NCBI GenBank assembly: GCA_964618805.1
Contig: CAZUBM010000008.1
Location: forward strand, 68,241-84,517
Direction: 5' to 3'
From: an uncultured Nitrososphaerota archaeon
GTDB taxonomy: Archaea; Korarchaeota; Korarchaeia; Korarchaeales; Korarchaeaceae
Length of the DNA: 16,277 nt
How positions within the stretch are numbered: the stretch's first letter is position 1; the number at the start of each line of letters is the position of its first letter. The position numbers were made by a program, and so were the translations under genes. The notes below the pieces were generated by a model, which worked only from the letters and a program-made list of their open reading frames with translations, was not told where the DNA came from and ran no database searches. Positions 1 through 6,857 of the stretch are shown piece after piece.

Positions 1-1076
1 GTAATTAAGCCCATGTTTTCCATTCGTTTTAACATTCTCGAGATTTTACTCTTTGAAAAGCCGATGTTAAGGGGTATCTCACGCTGCCTCATACTGCCAC
101 CGTTCTTAGCAAGGAGCCTTAGGATCTCTATCTCCTCAGAGCTTAGCTGACTTATTATTCCCTCAATCTTTTTCAAATCCTTTTCATTCAAGGTTTGTTT
201 GGCTAGATCTATGCCCGAAATACTAGGAATTTTCACTCTCGCACTTCTCTGTCTGAATAATAACCAAGAAATTGTGAAAGCAATCAAGACAGATATGATG
301 TTTGATGTAAAAATTATCACGAAAGAGTTCTGTGTATTAACTGGTTTCGGTTCAGATATATTTGTTCCAGTAGAAGTCATTGTTTCCTGTTTTAAGTAGT
401 AAGTACATGTAAATACAGTCCGTTCAGATGTTATAACTTCTGGTGTACTCAGATCCCATGTTACAGAGGTTCTTCCTAATGTAACTTCATCACCGATTTG
501 CAGCAAATTTGCAATCGGGCTTAATAGCTCTCGATATCGCTCAAACTGTCTTAGATAGGAATTATGAGGGAGATATACCTTTAATATAGAGTTTTCCAAT
601 GCAAGACTTACGTTCGGTCGATAGAATCGATAATAGAAAACTCTCCCATCAGGATTGTATGGAATCTTTATGACAAAGACGTCTTTTGAGGCTGATAGGG
701 AGATTCGTACATTGACTTTCCTTCCAGGAGAAATTGGTTCATCGAACGAAATTATCATGATATGGGATAGATACATGCTCTCAATCCAATCTATATGGAC
801 GCCCTGGCTTGTTTTCCAGCTCGTAATATTTCCCTCTCTTGGAGGGACATCTTGCCTTTCTAGGAGTGGTAGTTTAATGGCAGTGACCTTCTTACCATAT
901 GCCTCAGGAACAACTAAAGTAAACCTTATCGTGATGAAACAGGAATCATTTCTTTCTAGATATGCTTCAATGTCAAATCTTTCAATGTAAGGATCTGTAG
1001 GAACTCCGAGGACGCGAATGCTTCCTAGCGATAGCATTGTAAGCAACATTAGTGTTATCAAAGCAAGGTACTTCAA
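1..1076 (-). CDS. Membrane-anchored winged-helix transcriptional regulator (COG2512-like), 3' end outside the window
   Basis: Hand translation from TTG at 1076 is open for 358 codons to the window edge. It shows an N-terminal signal-like segment (MKYLALITLMLLTMLSLGS), a beta-rich domain with N-x-S/T sequons, a TM segment (FVIIFTSNIISVLIAFTISWLLF then RQR) and a wHTH (LSSEEIEILRLLAKNGGSMRQREIPLNIGFSKSKISRMLKRMENMGLI). Confidence 0.85.
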   Translation of the reverse strand, partial: MKYLALITLMLLTMLSLGSIRVLGVPTDPYIERFDIEAYLERNDSCFITIRFTLVVPEAYGKKVTAIKLPLLERQDVPPREGNITSWKTSQGVHIDWIESMYLSHIMIISFDEPISPGRKVNVRISLSASKDVFVIKIPYNPDGRVFYYRFYRPNVSLALENSILKVYLPHNSYLRQFERYRELLSPIANLLQIGDEVTLGRTSVTWDLSTPEVITSERTVFTCTYYLKQETMTSTGTNISEPKPVNTQNSFVIIFTSNIISVLIAFTISWLLFRQRSARVKIPSISGIDLAKQTLNEKDLKKIEGIISQLSSEEIEILRLLAKNGGSMRQREIPLNIGFSKSKISRMLKRMENMGLI

Positions 1077-1197
1077 TGGGTCTACACCCAGCTAAGTCTA
1101 CATAGGGGAATATGATGTAAAAACTGTTTCGTTATATGCTGATAAGGTCATCGTCAGTGACTTAGACTTTAAGAAGTGACAAGGTGACTTGAAGCTG

Positions 1198-1638
1198 ATG
1201 CCCTTGACCAAAGGTAAAGATTACCTAAAGCATGAGAACAGGAATCCCTATCTAACAAAAGAAAAGTTAGAAGAAATTGATGCTTGGGTAAGAGCTCTAT
1301 CCAAATTAGCAAGGGAGAATAATTGTTCAATAATAGTTGAAGGTCAAAAGGACATGAAATCTCTCATGTCTCTAGGAGTGAGAGGTAATTTTAAATTCGT
1401 AAGGGAAGTGATGAAGAACCTGAGAGAAGGTCTTCAGGACGAATTTAACGGGCGTACCTACACTATACTAACCGACTTCGATAAGGAGGGAAAGCATCTC
1501 CATCTCAATCTCAAGACAATGCTCACATCTTTAGGTGCTAAGGTAGTTGAATGGCCCAGAACACGCTACTTAAAGCTAGGCCTGCCTCCTAAAATAGAAG
1601 AAGCCTTTAATTTCGTCGATAGGAGGAAGAACAAATGA
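1198..1638 (+). CDS. Small stand-alone Toprim-domain protein (small primase-like / RNase M5-like)
   Basis: Toprim motifs IIVEGQKD and ILTDFDKEG. GGTGA at 1183-1187 fits ATG 1198 better than TTG 1189. Confidence 0.85.
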   Translation: MPLTKGKDYLKHENRNPYLTKEKLEEIDAWVRALSKLARENNCSIIVEGQKDMKSLMSLGVRGNFKFVREVMKNLREGLQDEFNGRTYTILTDFDKEGKHLHLNLKTMLTSLGAKVVEWPRTRYLKLGLPPKIEEAFNFVDRRKNK

Positions 1639-2123
1639 GCGAAGAGAAGTTTGAAGTGGAAGTGATAGCTCCTCTTTATCCAACTGAGTCCAAAGAAGCT
1701 GTCATACGAGCAATCTTGAATATAGTGCCTGCAGAAATGGAAGAAATAAAAACAGTGAGAGGAAAGCCCTCTTTCCTGAAACTAAGGAAAAGTGGTTATG
1801 AAACGCTTATGAGAATACATCGTTTACTTAGAGAGGAGAGAATTTTGGACACGGCAAGAGATATGCTTATTTCTAGCCTGAAAAGGTGTGGAATCATGAT
1901 GCTACTACTTCATAAACAGGCAGCTTACATGGGAGAACTTAGATTGTGTTCATCCGAGGACGAGTCGCCATTGGGCGTTATAAAAGTGAAATTGAACTTT
2001 AAAGGAGATACGTCCCTATTCCTGGACTGGCTTACTCCAAAGACGATTTCAGGAAAGGTGCCAAAAGAAGTTAAGATACAAGAATTAATTGAATCTAGAA
2101 CGTCATCCTCACAGATTTACTGA
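1635..2123 (+). CDS. UPF0201/DUF54 family putative RNA-binding protein
   Basis: Family motifs APLYPTESKEAVIRAILNI, LLREERILDTAR, LHKQAAYMG and ESPLGVI; ATGA-type overlap with the Toprim gene. Confidence 0.85.
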   Translation: MSEEKFEVEVIAPLYPTESKEAVIRAILNIVPAEMEEIKTVRGKPSFLKLRKSGYETLMRIHRLLREERILDTARDMLISSLKRCGIMMLLLHKQAAYMGELRLCSSEDESPLGVIKVKLNFKGDTSLFLDWLTPKTISGKVPKEVKIQELIESRTSSSQIY

Positions 2124-3014
2124 TAGGAGATCCTTTGCGACAAAAGCATTGTTAAACAAACTTTTGGCCTCTTTCTCTATTTTATCTAAGTCTACATTCT
2201 TATATCTTGCACTAAAATGAGTAAGAGCGAGCTTTTTTACACGGGCTTTTATAGCGATCTCACATGCCTCTCCAACCGTGCTATGTCCGGTTTTCTCTGC
2301 TCTATCTTTGAGATCATCCCTAAATGTAGCGTCATGGATCAATAGATCAGCTCCCATCGCATTATGGATTACAGTTTTGCAAGGTCTGGTATCTGATGAA
2401 TAAACAAGCAATTTACCCTTCCTTGGAGGACCCATTACGTCCTGAGGAAAGACAATGCGTCCAGAAGGAGTTTTAATCGCCATCCCTTTCTGAAGCAAAC
2501 CCCTAAAGGTTACGGGCACTCCAAGCTCATCTGCCTTCTTTACATCAAATTCTCCTGGCTTATCAGCTTCCTTAACCCTAATTCCGAAAGTCTCCGTATC
2601 TCCATGAAAGACATGAAACATACTGACTTCATATTTCCCGAAATCAAAGCAGCGATCTTTATCTATCTCGAATACTTCTAGTTCGAAGCGAGGCTGAAGA
2701 TAAGCTTTACTCACAAGCTCATGAAGTACGTCCCTTAAACCGACGGGAGAGTAAATCTCAAGCCTTTTTTTCCTTCTTAATAAGCTGAGTGTCTGAATCA
2801 ATGGAAATAGACCCAGAAAATGGTCTCCATGGAGATGGGATATGAAAATTCTGGTTAACCTAGCAAAACCTAGGCCTGATTTCATGATTTGCTTCTGGGT
2901 TCCTTCTCCAGCATCCAGTAGGATGTATTCACCATCGAAAAACACAGCTATTGAAGGGTGACTCCTCTCAAGAGTTGGTATCGCGCCGCCAGTTCCTAAG
3001 AAAATGACTTTCAT
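2109..3014 (-). CDS. rnz: Ribonuclease Z (tRNA 3' processing endonuclease)
   Basis: FLGTGG, LLDAGEGTQ, HLHGDH metal motif, exosite insert, SDTRPC, HDATF, GHST and LTHFSARY. Confidence 0.96.
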   Translation of the reverse strand: MKVIFLGTGGAIPTLERSHPSIAVFFDGEYILLDAGEGTQKQIMKSGLGFARLTRIFISHLHGDHFLGLFPLIQTLSLLRRKKRLEIYSPVGLRDVLHELVSKAYLQPRFELEVFEIDKDRCFDFGKYEVSMFHVFHGDTETFGIRVKEADKPGEFDVKKADELGVPVTFRGLLQKGMAIKTPSGRIVFPQDVMGPPRKGKLLVYSSDTRPCKTVIHNAMGADLLIHDATFRDDLKDRAEKTGHSTVGEACEIAIKARVKKLALTHFSARYKNVDLDKIEKEAKSLFNNAFVAKDLLSVNL

Positions 3015-3059
3015 TAATATTCACCAACCAACTTGCTTTTTGACATGCATACCAACAAA

Positions 3060-4139
3060 TCAGCCAGTGAACTTTGTTGCCTTTCTCCTGGTATATAATT
3101 CAAGTATTTCCTTACTTAGAGTAGCAGTAAGCGTGTTGACTCCAAATCCCTCTTCCGCTGATATTTCATAAAAAGACTTCCTCCTTTGTCTTAGTAACTC
3201 CTTACACTTCATAATGCTCTTGTGAAACTGAGACCACAAATCCATTTTATTTAGCACTATTATCAACTTTACATTTGAAAATTCACGAGCGATCTCGTCA
3301 AGCAAAGATATTTGATTTCTTACGGTATAACCACATGTTTCGGTTGGATCAATCAAGTAAACTATGAACCAAGCAAGACGTTTAAGGGCCAGAATGGCCT
3401 GTAGTTCAATAGCATTTCGTTTAGATAATGGTCTATCTAGGAGTCCTGGAGTGTCTATTACCTGCACTCTCAAGGCTCCTCCCTTAAGGTAAAAATGGCC
3501 GACTAGCAACGATCTTGTCGTGAACGGATAAGATGCAACCTCGGGCTTTCCAGATGATATTCTTCGAACCAACGTACTCTTACCAGTATTCGGCCTCCCT
3601 GCTATTACTACGGTTGGGCTACCAACTTGAATGTTGGGAACCACTCCAAGTTTTTGACATGCTGACCTAATGAAATCGATATCGCTTGAGATCGATTTTA
3701 CCACAGACGAAATCCTTCCCATGGCTGCCTTTCTTATCTTCTCCATTTCTTTAAAGTCTTCAGAGCCCTTAAGTCTTCTGATATACTGCCTGCTAAGCCT
3801 CCTGATAATTTTTCTAGCCCAATCCAATCTGCTTAGAGCCAATCTTAGCTCATCTACGCCAACTAAGACATCAGCAAGTTCTCTATAGAAGGGATGCAGG
3901 GCATCAAATGATGGAAATGAACGAACTACAGCCTTTAATCTGCTAGAAATTACGTCAGCCATTGATGCGACACGACCTATCTCCCTAGTCCTGGCAGAAA
4001 TAATAGGATCCTTCTCTTTTGTACTCCTCGGCTTAAAACTCCTCTTAAAAGCTAAATCTAGAAGTTCTTGAGCTGAAGGTGGACATATCAATGAGCTAAA
4101 AGGAGAAGAATCTACGCTTTCTTTCATCAGGATCTCCAA
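3060..4139 (-). CDS. NOG1-family GTP-binding protein (large-subunit ribosome biogenesis GTPase)
   Basis: N-terminal helical domain with LHPFYRELAD; G1 GRPNTGKST, YPFTT, DTPGLLDRP, NKMD, ISA. The real start may be ATG 4127 (GGAGA upstream). Confidence 0.93.
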   Translation of the reverse strand: MEILMKESVDSSPFSSLICPPSAQELLDLAFKRSFKPRSTKEKDPIISARTREIGRVASMADVISSRLKAVVRSFPSFDALHPFYRELADVLVGVDELRLALSRLDWARKIIRRLSRQYIRRLKGSEDFKEMEKIRKAAMGRISSVVKSISSDIDFIRSACQKLGVVPNIQVGSPTVVIAGRPNTGKSTLVRRISSGKPEVASYPFTTRSLLVGHFYLKGGALRVQVIDTPGLLDRPLSKRNAIELQAILALKRLAWFIVYLIDPTETCGYTVRNQISLLDEIAREFSNVKLIIVLNKMDLWSQFHKSIMKCKELLRQRRKSFYEISAEEGFGVNTLTATLSKEILELYTRRKATKFTG

Positions 4140-4146
4140 AAATCAT

Positions 4147-5274
4147 TCATAGAAGGGCGCTGACAACAGCTTTAAGGTACACTTTGCATAGGTTTTGGAC
4201 CGATTCAAAAATCACATACTCATCCTTAGAGTGATGATTTCCTCCCATAGGTCCTAAAAGAGGGAGAGTAATCTTACCTACCTGATGAAGGTAGTTAGCA
4301 TCGCTAACAGTGTGATAGAGTTCAATTTCTGGCTCTTTTCCGAGAACATCTATGTACGCTTGCTTTAACAAAAGAAATGCCGGACTATCTTCTGGAACTT
4401 GATATGGTGAGGCATAGGGTGTTGGCCTTTGCATGAGTCTTATCTCTGTATCTGCACGAAAGTCTGGGGCCCTTTTTAGATAAGAAACAAACCGTCTTCT
4501 TTCATCTTCATCCGATCCTGAAGGATAGTGCCTATCCATCCTGATCAAACATCTCTCTGGGTGAGTTACTATGAATTCTTGAGATCTTATTGCAAGAGGA
4601 GCTACGCTTCCCTCAACTTTAGGCTTAGATGAGTACTTTACAGCCCAAAGAACCAGCTTACAAGCTTCAATGACTGCATTGACTCCTCTCTTCTCCGTTC
4701 CCACAGCAGCCCTACCCTTCACTGTAATATCAAAGACTAGTCTTCCATAAGCTCCCCTCATCAATTTCATCTGAGTGGGCTCTCCAACCACACCCAATTC
4801 TATTCCTTTCAACTTACCGCTTTTTGCCAGTTGGTATGTTCCTCTACTATATCCTTCCTCATCACAAACAGCAGCTAAAGCAATCCTACCCTTTAGCTCA
4901 TCCTTAACATCCGAAATTGCTCTAAGGGTTTCTATCATCGCAGCGAGACTTGATTTGGAATCTAGAGCTCCAATTCCATACACGAAGTCTCCATTAATCT
5001 CTCCCCAAGGATTCCTGCTCCATCCTTCAAATAGCTCAACTGTATCCATGTGGCACATAAGCAGGTACTTTAGAGGCTTATCTTCTGGACCAAAATACGC
5101 TATGACGTTTCCACCGCATCCTTCTACCGGCTGTCTCTCTACCTTATCAGCTATCTTTGCCAATTCGCTTATCAAGAAGTCTGCCAACTCGACTTCTCTT
5201 GAAAAGAAGCTTTTAATGGAAATAATCTCTAGTAACAAATCCTTCAATCTGTCGGAGTTAATTTTCAGACTCAT
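4147..5274 (-). CDS. M20-family metallohydrolase (ArgE/DapE-like), substrate unknown
   Basis: HMDTV, GIGALDSK, DEEG, VGEPT and HSKDEY metal-ligand motifs; GAGGAGG RBS upstream. Confidence 0.9.
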   Translation of the reverse strand: MSLKINSDRLKDLLLEIISIKSFFSREVELADFLISELAKIADKVERQPVEGCGGNVIAYFGPEDKPLKYLLMCHMDTVELFEGWSRNPWGEINGDFVYGIGALDSKSSLAAMIETLRAISDVKDELKGRIALAAVCDEEGYSRGTYQLAKSGKLKGIELGVVGEPTQMKLMRGAYGRLVFDITVKGRAAVGTEKRGVNAVIEACKLVLWAVKYSSKPKVEGSVAPLAIRSQEFIVTHPERCLIRMDRHYPSGSDEDERRRFVSYLKRAPDFRADTEIRLMQRPTPYASPYQVPEDSPAFLLLKQAYIDVLGKEPEIELYHTVSDANYLHQVGKITLPLLGPMGGNHHSKDEYVIFESVQNLCKVYLKAVVSALL

Positions 5275-5297
5275 AGGATCCTTCCTCCTCCGTCTCT

Positions 5298-5909
5298 TTA
5301 GGTTAATTTGATTGGAATGAACTTTTCGATCTTGCCTTCCTTACCGATGAACAGAATATCAATACCATCTCCCGAAAGAGCATCTCTTTCTATGGCTCCT
5401 CTCATAGCTCTTTCGGCGACCTTAATAGCCTCTTCTCTGCCTAAATCTGGAGAATAAGAGCGTTCTAATATTCCTATAGCAAGTTTTGCACCCGAACCTA
5501 CGGCTGCATACTTGTCCTCGAGAGAGCTGCCAGCTGGATCTAGTACAAATAACCTAGGTAAGTCGTCTTCAAGACCTCCTATTATCATTTCTGCATAGTA
5601 GGGCGAGTACATCCTCCTTTGATATAGTATTACAGACAAAATACGGGCTATGTTTGAGGGTTTTGCCCTTCTTCTAGTATCTAGTTCATATAATCTGACG
5701 TTAAAAATGAGGCTATCGACCAAAGATTGAAAATCAGCAGGTATACCTGCTGAAGCAACTCCTACCACATCATTTAAGGTAAAGACCTTCTTCACAGATT
5801 TACTCAGTATATATCCGTCCCCATATGAAACTCTTCTATCTGCTGAAAGCACTACTCCATCCTTCGTCACTAGACCAATGGCAGTTGCTAGAACCATTTG
5901 TATCTCCAC
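5298..5909 (-). CDS. psmB: Proteasome beta subunit, ATAIG type lacking the G|TTT processing site
   Basis: ATAIGLVTKDGVVLSADRRVS, AVGSGAKLAIGILE and ERDALSGDGID. Alternative start ATG 5897 has GGAG upstream. Confidence 0.93.
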   Translation of the reverse strand: MEIQMVLATAIGLVTKDGVVLSADRRVSYGDGYILSKSVKKVFTLNDVVGVASAGIPADFQSLVDSLIFNVRLYELDTRRRAKPSNIARILSVILYQRRMYSPYYAEMIIGGLEDDLPRLFVLDPAGSSLEDKYAAVGSGAKLAIGILERSYSPDLGREEAIKVAERAMRGAIERDALSGDGIDILFIGKEGKIEKFIPIKLT

Positions 5910-6005
5910 AATTCATTAGTATTATGAAATTAAATCTTAGCGGTAGGTTCACCTCATGAATCAAGTTAAGTAATAATCATCCTAGAGTAAATAATTATGC
6001 AATAA

Positions 6006-6096
6006 AGCCCCGGGCGGGATTCGAACCCGCGACCTCCGCCTTTCTGGGCATCCCATTCTTACCAAGGCGGCGCTCCACCAGCTGAGCTACCGGGGC
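6006..6096 (-). tRNA. tRNA-Thr(GGT) with 18-nt intron at 37/38 (intron 6042-6059); CCA not encoded
   Basis: Acceptor GCCCCGG/CCGGGGC, D stem GCTC/GAGC, anticodon stem CCGCC/GGCGG, loop TTGGTA^A, T arm GCGGG-TTCGAAT-CCCGC, discriminator T. Central helix TTGG/CCAG with 3-nt bulges. Confidence 0.95.
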
Positions 6097-6124
6097 AGTC
6101 ACTCATTGAAGTGGTCCTTCTTCG

Positions 6125-6134
6125 TTTTAAATAT
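6125..6134 (-). promoter_or_regulatory. TATA box of tRNA-Thr
   Basis: ATATTTAAAA about 30 nt upstream of the mature tRNA 5' end. Confidence 0.6.
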
Positions 6135-6164
6135 GTTGATTGGTGGTCCTCCAGAGAGAAGCAC

Positions 6165-6170
6165 AAAAAA
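6165..6170 (-). terminator. Oligo-T terminator after the orphan ORF
   Basis: T6 run on the minus strand about 20 nt after the stop at 6189. Confidence 0.45.
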
Positions 6171-6188
6171 CTTTATAGCCCTTAGCCC

Positions 6189-6563
6189 TCATCCAGAATT
6201 CTCCTCCTTCTTATGGTGATCTAATGCTTCTAAAGCTGAGATTATTAAATGGTAATGAATATTCCTGAAACCAGCTCTCATTAACACTTTTTCTAATTCG
6301 TAGCTAAATTGACAGGGATGCTTGCATACAGGTGGCATTTTTGCCCTAAAAGCAACTAATTTCCACTCCTCAATCAAATCTGTCTGTGGCAAATCAGTTA
6401 TTGAATTGAGAAAAGCAATAACAAGATCTGAGACTAGCTTTAGAGCCCTCTCACTTTTTATTCCCCTACACAGCGCGATCTCTTCTATGTTTTTCCTTAA
6501 CTTAGACTCGATTGAGTGCACATATTCATCTTTCTCTTCTCGCTTATCCAACGCCCTAAACAA
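6189..6563 (-). CDS. Hypothetical protein, 124 aa
   Basis: Open frame filling most of the gap between two tRNAs, co-oriented with its neighbours, soluble helical composition, TTG start, downstream T-tract. No family recognised. Confidence 0.65.
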   Translation of the reverse strand: MFRALDKREEKDEYVHSIESKLRKNIEEIALCRGIKSERALKLVSDLVIAFLNSITDLPQTDLIEEWKLVAFRAKMPPVCKHPCQFSYELEKVLMRAGFRNIHYHLIISALEALDHHKKEENSG

Positions 6564-6708
6564 AGAGGAAATTTAAAGCAATAAATTCTTACTATTAATT
6601 TTAGGAGCCAGGGAAATCACATAAAAACAGATCTATAAAATAGAAAAATACATTGTATTGAGTCTACGAAGGAAAAGAGAGATTTCTATCATTACTAAGC
6701 TCTAAGTG

Positions 6709-6713
6709 AAAAA
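6709..6713 (-). terminator. Oligo-T tract directly after tRNA-Gly
   Basis: TTTTT immediately follows the discriminator base. Confidence 0.5.
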
Positions 6714-6805
6714 TGCGGCCGCCGGGATTTGAACCCGGGTCTGGGGCTTTCCTCAATGCCTTTTTTTGGAGGGCCCCCATCCTATCCAGGCTGGACTACG
6801 GCCGC
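6714..6805 (-). tRNA. tRNA-Gly(TCC) with 18-nt intron at 37/38 (intron 6749-6766) and C at position 33; CCA not encoded
   Basis: Gly-type acceptor GCGGCCG/CGGCCGC-A, D stem GTCC/GGAT, anticodon stem GGGGC/GCCCC, 4-nt variable loop AGAC, T arm CCGGG-TTCAAAT-CCCGG. Strict BHB: CCTC/GAGG helix, bulges CAA and AAA, outer AA/TT pairs. Confidence 0.92.
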
Positions 6806-6829
6806 TTAGGTTCTCAGTAAATCAGGGAG

Positions 6830-6845
6830 ATTAAAATTTTTCTCT
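6830..6845 (-). promoter_or_regulatory. BRE/TATA of tRNA-Gly
   Basis: Purine run AGAGAAAAA followed by TTTTAAT, 25-31 nt upstream of the tRNA. Confidence 0.55.
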
Positions 6846-6857
6846 CATGGAGAGAAA
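6839..6857. repeat. Perfect 8-bp inverted repeat TTTCTCTC-ATG-GAGAGAAA
   Basis: Read directly; abuts the aIF2-gamma stop codon and overlaps the tRNA-Gly BRE. Confidence 0.7.

Noticed and set aside
199-990. Plus-strand ORFs 199..399 and 655..990
   Set aside because: Antisense shadows of the minus-strand membrane regulator gene, which has a coherent domain architecture.
1077-1197. Short repeats in the divergent promoter (GTCTACA twice; CTAAGTC/GACTTAG)
   Set aside because: Seven-base matches are too short to distinguish from chance.
6097-6713. Integrated element bounded by att sites at the tRNAs
   Set aside because: No duplicated tRNA 3' fragment, integrase or terminal repeats seen.
6714-6805. 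Reading the second tRNA as Trp(CCA) or Glu(CTC) by shifting the loop register
   Set aside because: The acceptor stem and 4-nt variable loop are Gly-type, and the BHB geometry with the GGGGC/GCCCC stem fixes TCC at 34-36. Other registers break the stem.
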